Assembly (NCBI RefSeq): GCF_008065095.1
Contig: NZ_CP042911.1
Span: 3,180,001-3,212,000 of the forward strand
Direction of reading: 5' to 3'
Source of the DNA: Gemmata obscuriglobus
GTDB taxonomy: Bacteria > Planctomycetota > Planctomycetia > Gemmatales > Gemmataceae
DNA: 32,000 nt
The number at the start of each line of letters is the position of its first letter. Position 1 is the stretch's first letter. Position numbers and translations under genes: made by a program. This document shows, one piece after another, positions 24,856 through 32,000 of this stretch. The notes under the pieces were generated by a model. It was not told where the DNA came from, searched no databases, and was given only the letters and a program-made list of their open reading frames with translations.

Positions 24856-25040
24856 TTCCGATGCGACCGATCACACGCCACGGCGTCCTCTTTCGCTACG
24901 AATGAGGACGCTTGCGAACCCGCCGTCACGACGCTCGCCGAAAGAAACAATCGCTCCAAACAGTTTCGGCGTGAAGGGCGTGATCCGCATACGACTCGGA
25001 CCGGCCGCGCCCACCCGCACGGCCTCATGAACCAATGGGG

Positions 25041-25197
25041 TGAGGAAGGATTGGCCGCAAAAACGCACAAGGGGACAAAAGGGGACAAAAGGGAACGGAC
25101 GACGAAGACAGAAGGCGTGTGTTGAACTCACTCCACTGCTTTGGTCTGCGGTTTCCTTTTGTCCCCTTTGTGCGTTTCTGCAGCCAATCCTTCCTCA
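25041..25197. repeat. 157-bp inverted-repeat (MITE-like) element abutting the clpS stop
   Basis: tgaggaaggattggccgcaaaaacgcacaaggggacaaaagg (25041-25082) matches the reverse complement of ccttttgtcccctttgtgcgtttctgcagccaatccttcctca (25155-25197) with three substitutions and one indel. An internal tandem decamer, ggggacaaaa twice plus gggaac, lies at 25071-25096. Confidence 0.7.
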
Positions 25198-25199
25198 TC

Positions 25200-25526
25200 T
25201 CATTCGGCGGCTTCAAGCTCTGCACTCATCGACCCCGCGCACCGCGGGATGCGCGGGTCCGGGCCGTACGCGTGGATCTGGTCGCGCTTGAGTTCGGCCC
25301 GCTCCAGGCTCGTCGTGCAGACGATCGCGCGGCCCTCCGTGTCGACGAGGCGCGCGAGCAGGAACCCCTTCTCGACCGGGTGCCCGAACAGCGCCTTCAG
25401 CATCTCGATGACGTACTCGTAGGAGTGGTCGTCGTCGTTGAGCAGCACGACGTGATACGGCGGCTGGCGTCGGGTCCGTTGCTCCGTTTCGACATCAGTT
25501 TCGGGGAGCGTTGTCGGTCCAGACAT
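25200..25526 (-). CDS. clpS: ATP-dependent Clp protease adaptor ClpS
   Basis: The ATG at 25526 is preceded by ggaga. The sequence is MSGPTTLPETDVETEQRTRRQPPYHVVLLNDDDHSYEYVIEMLKALFGH..A..L...VDTEGRAIV. It has the ClpS core motif (PP.Y.V.LLNDD...M..V) and is 108 aa. Confidence 0.9.
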   Translation of the reverse strand: MSGPTTLPETDVETEQRTRRQPPYHVVLLNDDDHSYEYVIEMLKALFGHPVEKGFLLARLVDTEGRAIVCTTSLERAELKRDQIHAYGPDPRIPRCAGSMSAELEAAE

Positions 25527-25713
25527 GTCGCGGTCTCCGGTGGCCCACGGGTCCGCTGCTATTCTCTCTGATTCGGCCCCAGGGTCAACGTAATCGGCGA
25601 GCGGGCGGTACGGAATGGGGTTTGCCGCCGGCCTCTGTGACACCACCCGCCTACCATCGGACGCACAGAGACCGGCTACAGAACGTTACGCCTCAACTCA
25701 ACTGGATTCGGTC

Positions 25714-27498
25714 CTACGGCCCGCCCACCTGGATCTTCTGGGTGCCGGCAGCGGCCATCCGGTCGGTGCTCGTGTTGGGGCCGGCGGTCGGTTCGAGCCG
25801 GCCGAACGTGACCACGGCGATGTCGTCGTTCTGGGCGCGGCCGTTGGCGTGCCGGCGGACGGTGCTCACCAGCCGCTCGCCGAGCCGCTTGGGCTGCTGG
25901 CCGCTGGCGCCCAGCGCGTCGTCCGGCAGCAGGCACCGGTCCACGGCCGCGGGGCCGAACATCGACCCGCCGGGGTTCATCGCGTCGGTCACGCCGTCGG
26001 TGAACACCGCGATCGAGTCGCCCGGCTCGACCGTCACCTTCACCTGCTCGTACGGGTAGCCGGGCAGCGCGCCGATCGGCAGGCCGGTCGCGTCGAGGGA
26101 GATGGCGTCGACGAGTTCGTCGGTCGCGGCCCGGTACAGCTTCGGGCTCATGTGCCCGGCGTTCACCAGCGTGAACGAGTTGTCCCGCGGGTCCAGCACC
26201 ATCACCGCCAGGGTGACGAACCGGTCGCCCAGGCCGCCGTTGCTCAACTGGTCGTTCAGCAAGGACACCGCCTCGGCCAGGTCGGGCACGGTCAGCAGGC
26301 TGAACCGCACCTCCGAGCTGAGCTTCGCGACGAGCAGGGCGGCGGGCACGCCCTTGCCGGCCACGTCGCCCAGTACGATCGCCACGCGGCCGTCGCGCAG
26401 CGGGATGAAGTCGTAGTAGTCGCCGCCGATGGTGAGCGCCGGCGAGTAGTGGGCGTAGAACTCCCACCCGTCGATGTCGGGGAGCGTTTGCGGCAGGAAC
26501 CCGAGCTGCACCTTGCGGGCCAGCTCCATCTCCTTCTGCTCCTTCTCGCGCTCGAGCACCTGGGCCACCATGCGGGCCTTCTCGATGGCCACGCCCGCCA
26601 GGTTCGCGACGATGGTGAGCAGGTTCAGGTCGTCCAGGCTGAACTTCTTGGTCCGGTCCTGGGTGTCGAGCTGGAGCGCGCCGATCGGGCGCCCGTCGGC
26701 GGTCGCCAGCGGGACGCACATGACGGACCGGATCTTGAACTCGGCGATGGACGCCGCCGGCCCGAGCGACGCGTCGTTGCCGGCGTCCTCGCTCAGGTAC
26801 GACTGCATCGACTCGATCGTCTTGCGCACGATCGTCTTGCTGAACCGGGTGTCCTCCATCCCGGCACGGCGGCTCTTCACCACCTTCGGGACGGCCCGCC
26901 CGTGCTCCTCGGTCATCAGCACGAAGCACCGGTCGGCCTGCTTGAACACCCCGAACAGGGTGTCGGCCACCTGCGCCAGCAGCGGGTCGAGCTCGTGAGT
27001 GCGGGACAGGTTGGTGCTGATCTCGAGCAGCGCCCGGAGCCGGTCCGACGGGGCCACCTCGAGGAAGCTCCGCGCGCGGTCGCTGGTGGCCGACCCCTCG
27101 ATGGTGGTCTGCGCGCCGTCGTCGTCGTCGTCGTCCCCGCGGATCTTCGAGAGCCAGTCGGGCAGGGGCTGGGGGCGCACGGCCCGCTCGTCGTGGAACC
27201 GGTACAGGAAGTCGCAGATCTTGATCCGGTCGTCGGGCTTGAGCGCCTGCCGCCCGCCGGGCGGCACCTCCTTGCTGTTCACGAAGGTGCGGTTGCGGCT
27301 CTTCAGGTCCTCAATGTAAAACTGTCCGCCGGCGCGGACGATCTGCGCGTGCCGGCGGCTGACCGCGTGGTGCGGGATCACCACCTGGCACTCCTTCTCG
27401 TCGCGCCCGATCACGATCGAGAGCACGTCCGCGTTGAGCGGGACGTTCTTGTTCGTGGCGGTCCCTTCCGGGGCCTTCAGCAGAATGAGCGACGGCAT
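25714..27498 (-). CDS. FHA - GAF - PP2C (SpoIIE/RsbU-type) serine phosphatase
   Basis: The ATG at 27498 lies within ORF 25714..27708. The FHA domain is IVIGRDEKECQVVIPHHAVSRRHAQIVRAGGQFYIEDLKSRNRTFVN. A GAF-like middle follows (FVLMTEEHGR..SVMCVPL). The PP2C part is GGDYYDF..VLGDVAGKGVPAALL..FTDGVTDAMN. Confidence 0.85.
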   Translation of the reverse strand: MPSLILLKAPEGTATNKNVPLNADVLSIVIGRDEKECQVVIPHHAVSRRHAQIVRAGGQFYIEDLKSRNRTFVNSKEVPPGGRQALKPDDRIKICDFLYRFHDERAVRPQPLPDWLSKIRGDDDDDDGAQTTIEGSATSDRARSFLEVAPSDRLRALLEISTNLSRTHELDPLLAQVADTLFGVFKQADRCFVLMTEEHGRAVPKVVKSRRAGMEDTRFSKTIVRKTIESMQSYLSEDAGNDASLGPAASIAEFKIRSVMCVPLATADGRPIGALQLDTQDRTKKFSLDDLNLLTIVANLAGVAIEKARMVAQVLEREKEQKEMELARKVQLGFLPQTLPDIDGWEFYAHYSPALTIGGDYYDFIPLRDGRVAIVLGDVAGKGVPAALLVAKLSSEVRFSLLTVPDLAEAVSLLNDQLSNGGLGDRFVTLAVMVLDPRDNSFTLVNAGHMSPKLYRAATDELVDAISLDATGLPIGALPGYPYEQVKVTVEPGDSIAVFTDGVTDAMNPGGSMFGPAAVDRCLLPDDALGASGQQPKRLGERLVSTVRRHANGRAQNDDIAVVTFGRLEPTAGPNTSTDRMAAAGTQKIQVGGP

Positions 27499-27706
27499 TT
27501 CACGGTCCGCAGGGGAAACGATACTCGCGGCGGAGCGGCGCGCACCTGAGCACCACGCATGGTACCGGCGCGCGGCCCGGTCCGCAAGAAACCAAACCGG
27601 GGCGGACCGGCCGGCGCGCGGGTCCGCTGCAAGATAGAATACGCTCAACCCGGCCGGTCCCGGACCGGGAACCGCCCGCGGCCGTAAAAATCGGGGAGAT
27701 ACTGTC

Positions 27707-27979
27707 ATGGCCGGGAAGAAACCTCAGCGCCGGAAGAAGGCCGAGCCGAAGGTCGAAGGGGTGTTGGGCGTCGGGCTAGACGGCACCGACGGCCACACCC
27801 GCGTGACCCGCACCGAAGAAATGGTCGTGGTGGGCGGCTCGGCGGAGACGCACGAGCGGATGCAAGAGACCGCGATCCGCTTCAGCGAGAATCTGGAGAA
27901 ACGGGGTAAGAAGATTCAGGAGGCGTCCGTCCGGGAGGTCATCGACCTGCTCCGCGAGGCCATTGAGAAAAGCAAATGA
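27707..27979 (+). CDS. Small conserved-looking hypothetical protein (90 aa, basic N-terminus)
   Basis: The ATG lies 7 nt after ggggaga. Third-position G/C bias is strong. The sequence is MAGKKPQRRKKAEPKVEGVLGVGLDGTDGHTRVTRTEEMVVVGGSAETHERMQETAIRFSENLEKRGKKIQEAS. I recognise no family. Confidence 0.65.
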   Translation: MAGKKPQRRKKAEPKVEGVLGVGLDGTDGHTRVTRTEEMVVVGGSAETHERMQETAIRFSENLEKRGKKIQEASVREVIDLLREAIEKSK

Positions 27980-27993
27980 GGAGTTTGGGGAGC

Positions 27994-28028
27994 GAAGAGT
28001 GATGGGGCCTCCTACCCCATCACTCTTC
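27994..28028 (+). terminator. Perfect 14-bp hairpin after the small ORF (no U-tract)
   Basis: gaagagtgatgggg (27994-28007) pairs with ccccatcactcttc (28015-28028) around a 7-nt loop, cctccta. It starts 15 nt after the stop at 27979. The following sequence, agtgcatg, lacks a T run, so a terminator function is uncertain. Confidence 0.45.
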
Positions 28029-28132
28029 AGTGCATGAGCCCCACTCGTTACGAATCTCGCGCCGCGGGGCACGAACACCATTTCTGAAACCTCCGATTGG
28101 GTTCGCGGGTAGAACCAGTAAGAGGACCGGCT

Positions 28133-28708
28133 GTGTCCGATGCCGCGCTCGTTCAACGGTGCCTGACCGGAAACCCGGCGGCGGCGCGCGAGCTGGTCGA
28201 GCGGTTCCAGGGTGATGTCCTCGCGGTGTGCCGGCGGCTGCTCGGTTCGGAACACGATTCCGAGGACGTGGCGCAAGAGGTGTTCGTGCGCGTGTTCCGC
28301 AGCCTCGCCCGGTGGGACCGCGAACGCCCCCTGCGGCCATGGGTGCTGGGCATCACGGTGAACCGGTGCCGCACCTGGATCGGCAAGCGCGCGAAAGGGC
28401 CGGAACTCGCCGATTACCTGCACGAGGCGCCCGACCGCCGGCCCGCGGACGACTCCGCCGAACTCACCGCCGAAATCCGAGCCGCGGTCGACGACCTCCG
28501 CACCGACTACCGTGAGGTGTTCGTCCTGTTCCACGAGCACGGGCACCCGTATGAGCTCATCGCGGAGGCGGTAGGCCGACCGGTCGGCACCATCAAGACG
28601 TGGCTGCACCGCGCCCGGCTCGAAATCTTGGACCGGCTCCGCAGCCGCGGTCTCGTACCCAACGAAGAACAGCCACCGGCACCCGCTGTGCGGGGTGAAG
28701 AATGGTAA
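28133..28708 (+). CDS. ECF-type RNA polymerase sigma-70 factor
   Basis: GTG 28133 lies 6 nt after aagagga, in frame with the TTG-start ORF 28097..28708. It gives VSDAALVQRCLTGNPAAARELVERFQGDVLAVCRRLL. Region 2 is SEDVAQEVFVRVF..RPWVLGITVNRC. Region 4 is YREVFVLFHEHGHPYELIAEAVGRPVGTIKTWLHRARLEIL. Confidence 0.9.
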   Translation: MSDAALVQRCLTGNPAAARELVERFQGDVLAVCRRLLGSEHDSEDVAQEVFVRVFRSLARWDRERPLRPWVLGITVNRCRTWIGKRAKGPELADYLHEAPDRRPADDSAELTAEIRAAVDDLRTDYREVFVLFHEHGHPYELIAEAVGRPVGTIKTWLHRARLEILDRLRSRGLVPNEEQPPAPAVRGEEW

Positions 28709-29454
28709 CGCCCGAACCCGACTTCGACGACGAACACGACTTCGACCGGGTGACGCCCGAGTGCCGCGCCACCGTTGAAGCGGTTCAATCGCTACTCGAC
28801 GGCGAAGGCCCCGACCCCCTCGATTCTGACCCGCACGCGGGCACCTGTGCCGCGTGCGGCGAACGAATCCGGGCCGCCCGTGTGCTGCTCGCGGTGCTCG
28901 CGGCGCGTGGCCCGAACCCGGTTCCGGTCGGCTTCGCCGACCGCGTGATGAACCGCGTGCGGGCCGCCGAACGCGCCCAATTCCGTGCGCCTTCCCGGCG
29001 CGTGTCCCGAACCGCCGCCCGGTTCGCCCTCGCGGCGGCGGTGCTGATCGCGGCGTTCGTTGTCGCGACCCGGTTTCCAAAGCCCGGGGCGGTTGGACCG
29101 AACGACGTGGCCGAGCAACCGAAGCCGGAACTGGCACCGGAGACTCGCGCGAAAGCGCTAACCCCGCACCCGATCCGCATCAACGACGAAGTCGCGAAGG
29201 CCGGGCAAGCGCTCCGCGACACCCCGAAGCCGTTCACCGACTCCGTGGCGGCGGCACCGAAGCTGTTCGAAGCGTTCGCCACCGCACTCAGCCATCCCGT
29301 CGAGCCGATGGGCGATGTGTTGGAGCCGGCCCGGAAGTCTCTTGCGGAACTGCCCGACGCCGCCCGCACCGGGTTGGAGCCGGTTACCGGGACCGCGCAA
29401 AAGGCGTTCGACCGGCTCCTCCGCGACGTCGCCGCGATGAAACCGAGGTCGTGA
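28702..29454 (+). CDS. Putative anti-sigma factor (zf-HC2-like N-terminus, single TM, helical periplasmic tail)
   Basis: The start overlaps the sigma gene stop as ATGGTAA. The sequence PECRATVEAVQSLLDGE...HAGTCAACGERI recalls the HxxxCxxC anti-sigma motif. The TM segment is AARFALAAAVLIAAFVVA. Position and coupling fit a cognate anti-sigma factor. Confidence 0.65.
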   Translation: MVTPEPDFDDEHDFDRVTPECRATVEAVQSLLDGEGPDPLDSDPHAGTCAACGERIRAARVLLAVLAARGPNPVPVGFADRVMNRVRAAERAQFRAPSRRVSRTAARFALAAAVLIAAFVVATRFPKPGAVGPNDVAEQPKPELAPETRAKALTPHPIRINDEVAKAGQALRDTPKPFTDSVAAAPKLFEAFATALSHPVEPMGDVLEPARKSLAELPDAARTGLEPVTGTAQKAFDRLLRDVAAMKPRS

Positions 29455-29480
29455 CCGCCCGCCCCTCTGAGCACGCCGTC

Positions 29481-31193
29481 ATGTCTGCCAAGTTCGCTCT
29501 CGTCGCCACGCTCGCGTGTGTGTTCGGATCGGTGGGACGCGCCGACCCGCCCGCCCCGCGTGACGACGCCTTGCGGCTCGCCCCGCCCGACGCCGCACTC
29601 GTGGTGGTGGTGCAAAACCTCCGCGGCCACCTCACCGATGTCAGCGCGTCGCCGTTCGCGGCGTGGCTCCCGTCCTCCGCTCTTGGGAAGCAACTCCTGA
29701 ACGGCCCGGGGCTCAAGATCTTTACCGACGGGGCCGCACCCGTTCTCGGCACGCTCGGGCTGACGCCCACGGATCTATTTCACGACATCGTCGGCGACGC
29801 GGTGGTGTTCGCGTACACGCCCCCGATGCCCAACGACCCGAAGGCGGAGCGGTCGGTGATCCTGCTCCGCCCACGGAAAATGAACACACTCACCGCCGCC
29901 GTCGATCGGCTCAACGACCTCCAAAAGAAGAACGGCGAGCTGACCGGCGTCACGGAGCGCAAACACGCCGGGGGCGCCTACTTCGAGCGCCAGAAGCCCG
30001 ACGGGGCGTCTGACTTCTACTGCACCCGCGGCGGCGTGTTCGCGTTCTCACAATCCGAGCCCGAGATTCGCGCCGTGATCGAGCGCGACAAGGGGGCCGG
30101 GGACAAGCCGCCTTCACTGTCTGCGCGCCTCACCAAGCTCGGCGTTGCCGAGGCCGCCGCGGTGGTACTGGTGAACCCACGGCCGCTCGACGCCGAGTTC
30201 ACGGCGAAGGTGGCGGCCGCGCGGGGTGACGAGAAAGCGTTCCTCACGAAGTTTGCCGAGGTGTGGGCCGCGACCGACGCCGCGGCCCTGTACCTGTCGC
30301 TGAGCAAGGACGCAGAACTCGGAGTGGCGCTGAATTTTGCGCCCGAGAAGTTGCCCGCGGGCTTGAAGGGGTGGCTGGTCGGGGGGCGAACGCCGTCGGC
30401 GCTGTGGAACACCGTACCCGCGAACGCGCTTTTCGCCGCGGCCGGGCGTGTGAAGCCAAACGACCTGTTGGACGCGCTCGCACAATTGGCCCCGATGACC
30501 GACAAGCCGGGCGTGCGCGAAACCTTGGGAGAAACGCTCGGCCCCGTTTTCGGTAAGGACAAATGGCCTCTGGTGCTGGACGCACTCGGGCCGGATTGGG
30601 GCGTCTGGGTGCAACCGCCTGCGCCAGGAACGGCCGTGCCGGTCGCGGTCGCTGCGGTGAAGGTGGCGACCGTCGGTCCGAAGGGCGCCGACGCCGCGAA
30701 AGCGCTGGATCAGGCGCTGGAGTACGGGTTCCAGGTGGCGCGGGTCGCGTACAACGCGAAGAACGAGGAGCAACTCGAACTGAAGGAAGAGACAAGTGCC
30801 GGCACGGTCATCAAATCCCTGTCCGGCGGCGCGCTCCCGCCGGGTGTCGTGCCGTCGTTCGCGCTGAAAGACGGTTACCTCCTGCTCGCGACTTCGCCGG
30901 ACGCGATCAAGAGCTTTAAGACGCCGACCGCCGACACGGTGCCCCTCGGAGAGGTTCCGTTCGCACGGTTCAATGCGGCGTCGGTGCGCGAGTACCTAGC
31001 CGCACACGGCCCGAAACTCGCGAAACTACTGAACAGCGCTGGTGCGGGCACGGAGGCGTCGCTCGTGGAGCAACTCGGGCAACTCGGGCTGGCCCTGGAA
31101 CCCGTCGAGCGGGTGGAACTGCTCACCCGGGGCGATGATGGCGGGTTAAAGCTGCTGCTGCGGGTGAAAACGGTGAAACCGTTGAAGGAGTGA
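29481..31193 (+). CDS. Secreted protein of unknown function, third gene of the sigma/anti-sigma operon
   Basis: The ATG at 29481 lies in frame within ORF 28854..31193 and 26 nt after the anti-sigma stop. It gives MSAKFALVATLACVFGSVGRADPP, a signal peptide. The product is 570 aa and Ala/Leu/Pro-rich. It is possibly DUF3352-like, but that assignment is from memory and unverified. Confidence 0.7.
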   Translation: MSAKFALVATLACVFGSVGRADPPAPRDDALRLAPPDAALVVVVQNLRGHLTDVSASPFAAWLPSSALGKQLLNGPGLKIFTDGAAPVLGTLGLTPTDLFHDIVGDAVVFAYTPPMPNDPKAERSVILLRPRKMNTLTAAVDRLNDLQKKNGELTGVTERKHAGGAYFERQKPDGASDFYCTRGGVFAFSQSEPEIRAVIERDKGAGDKPPSLSARLTKLGVAEAAAVVLVNPRPLDAEFTAKVAAARGDEKAFLTKFAEVWAATDAAALYLSLSKDAELGVALNFAPEKLPAGLKGWLVGGRTPSALWNTVPANALFAAAGRVKPNDLLDALAQLAPMTDKPGVRETLGETLGPVFGKDKWPLVLDALGPDWGVWVQPPAPGTAVPVAVAAVKVATVGPKGADAAKALDQALEYGFQVARVAYNAKNEEQLELKEETSAGTVIKSLSGGALPPGVVPSFALKDGYLLLATSPDAIKSFKTPTADTVPLGEVPFARFNAASVREYLAAHGPKLAKLLNSAGAGTEASLVEQLGQLGLALEPVERVELLTRGDDGGLKLLLRVKTVKPLKE

Positions 31194-31267
31194 GCCGCAT
31201 CGTTTGCGGAAGCGCGGGCCGTCCAGAAAAACCGCCCAACGAGCAACTCAACGCTTTTGCGGAACGC

Positions 31268-31453
31268 TCACGCCATCGGCAGCGGCGTGCGGCCCTTTAC
31301 CGCGGGCTCCGGTGCCGGCGCGGCGCACTTGCCGCACCCCGACCCGCACCCGGGCCGCGCGACGAACCACGTTTTCCAGGTCGCGCGCAGCACGTACCCG
31401 ACCGCGCACGCGACCACGACGCCGACACCGATCAACTGAACTGTTGTGGACAC
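31268..31453 (-). CDS. FeoB-associated Cys-rich membrane peptide
   Basis: MSTTVQLIGVGVVVACAVGYVLRATWKTWFVARPGCGSGCGKCAAP has one TM helix followed by a CGxGCGxC cluster. It starts 6 nt after the feoB stop. This is the typical layout of that small-protein family. Confidence 0.7.
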   Translation of the reverse strand: MSTTVQLIGVGVVVACAVGYVLRATWKTWFVARPGCGSGCGKCAAPAPEPAVKGRTPLPMA

Positions 31454-31459
31454 GACCGG

Positions 31460-32000
31460 TCACCCCACGATTAACCGCCCTAGCTGGAACGTGGCCATCG
31501 CCCCCAGGTACGCGAGGGCGGTCATGTAGACGAACGTGAACGCCGGCCACAGCCAGCTTTTGGTCTCGCGTTTGATGGTGGCGAGGGTTGCGGCGCATTG
31601 CGCGCACAGCGCGAAGAACACCATGATCGACAGCGCCACCGGCACCCCGTACTTGCCGCGCACCGGGTCCTGCGCCCAATCCTCCTGGAGGGCCTTCGTG
31701 AGCCCCTCGACCTTCTCCTTCGCCTCGTCGTCGGCGTCCGTGTCGGCGATCGCGCCCGTATCGACCTCGCCGACGTCGTAGAGCAGCCCGAACGTACCGA
31801 CGATCACCTCGCGGGCCGGGAAACTCGCCATCGCGGCCACGCCGATCTTCCAGTCCCACCCGAGCGGCTCGAAGACCGGCTCCATCCGGTGCCCGGCCCG
31901 CCCCAAGAAGCTGTCCCGCTTCCACTCGCCGTTGAGTTTGTCCGGCAGCCCCGCCGCGGCTTCGAGCTTCTCCCGCTCCGCTTTCTCTTCTTCCGTCGCG
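31460..32000 (-). CDS. feoB: Ferrous iron transporter FeoB, C-terminal membrane part; the 5' end lies beyond the window
   Basis: The frame stays open to the window edge (...EEEKAEREKLEAAAGLPDKLNGEWKRDSFLGRAGHRMEPVFEPLGWDWKIGVAAMASFPAREVIVGTFGLLY...VPVALSIMVFFALCAQCAATLATIKRETKSWLWPAFTFVYMTALAYLGA). These are typical FeoB C-terminal gate and core motifs. Confidence 0.85.
   Translation of the reverse strand, partial: ATEEEKAEREKLEAAAGLPDKLNGEWKRDSFLGRAGHRMEPVFEPLGWDWKIGVAAMASFPAREVIVGTFGLLYDVGEVDTGAIADTDADDEAKEKVEGLTKALQEDWAQDPVRGKYGVPVALSIMVFFALCAQCAATLATIKRETKSWLWPAFTFVYMTALAYLGAMATFQLGRLIVG

Noticed and set aside
25025-25291. Short ORFs 25025..25225 (minus) and 25040..25291 (plus), with KRTKGTKGN-like and PLCAFLQPILPH-like peptides
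   Set aside because: They are mirror-image translations of the two arms of the 25041-25197 inverted repeat, so they are a repeat artefact.
25615-27549. 644-aa plus-strand ORF (and the 417-aa ORF 25676..26929 on the minus strand) overlapping the FHA-GAF-PP2C gene
   Set aside because: These are alternative-frame or antisense ORFs in GC-rich DNA. The translations are Arg/Gly/Pro/Ala-rich low-complexity sequence with no motifs. The 25714..27498 frame has clear FHA, GAF and PP2C motifs.
28084-28112. Possible ECF-type autoregulatory promoter (tGAAAC ... cgggta) upstream of the sigma gene at 28133
   Set aside because: Only the -35-like GAAAC is convincing. There is no clear CGT-type -10 at the expected spacing. 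This is too weak to call.
28854-29480. N-terminal extension of ORF 28854..31193 overlapping the anti-sigma gene
   Set aside because: This is an out-of-frame overlap with a better-supported gene, and the translation is Arg/Gly/Pro-rich. A signal peptide begins at ATG 29481.

Overview
Visibly GC-rich sequence with strong G/C at third codon positions. The gene content looks like Planctomycetota, probably Gemmataceae-like: a DUF1549/DUF1553 protein, ECF sigma factors with long extensions, and TIGR03067-like repeats.

Housekeeping and core genes:
- CrtI-like desaturase (partial, runs off the left edge)
- DcyD/ACC-deaminase-family PLP enzyme
- DUF1549/DUF1553 protein
- orphan YcjX-like P-loop NTPase
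- translationally coupled GT2 synthase and CE4 deacetylase pair
- rpmG with its own terminator
- fused aroD-aroE, coupled to aroK
- uronate-isomerase-like amidohydrolase
- YfcE-type phosphoesterase
- thiL
- secreted protein with five internal repeats
- clpS
- FHA-GAF-PP2C phosphatase
- ECF sigma / anti-sigma / secreted-protein operon
- FeoB C-terminus (partial, right edge) with a FeoB-associated Cys-rich peptide

Positions 10.9-19.0 kb are an insertion-sequence graveyard:
- a 137-bp MITE-like element
- an intact IS630 with an A7 frameshift site and TA duplication
- an IS630-like remnant
- a degenerate IS with 20-bp terminal repeats that itself carries a 144-bp MITE with a 10-bp target duplication
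- an ISKra4-like IS with a 9-bp target duplication, which splits the 3' end of a roughly 1050-aa membrane-anchored ECF sigma fusion gene

The most unusual non-coding signal is at 20.9-21.2 kb. A near-consensus sigma-54 promoter is followed by about 260 nt carrying eight C5-6 runs, most of them placeable in hairpin loops, and ending in an intrinsic terminator. This is a candidate new structured RNA.

Long hairpins built from tandem heptamers or decamers sit at three gene ends. I recognised no rRNA, tRNA or CRISPR array.
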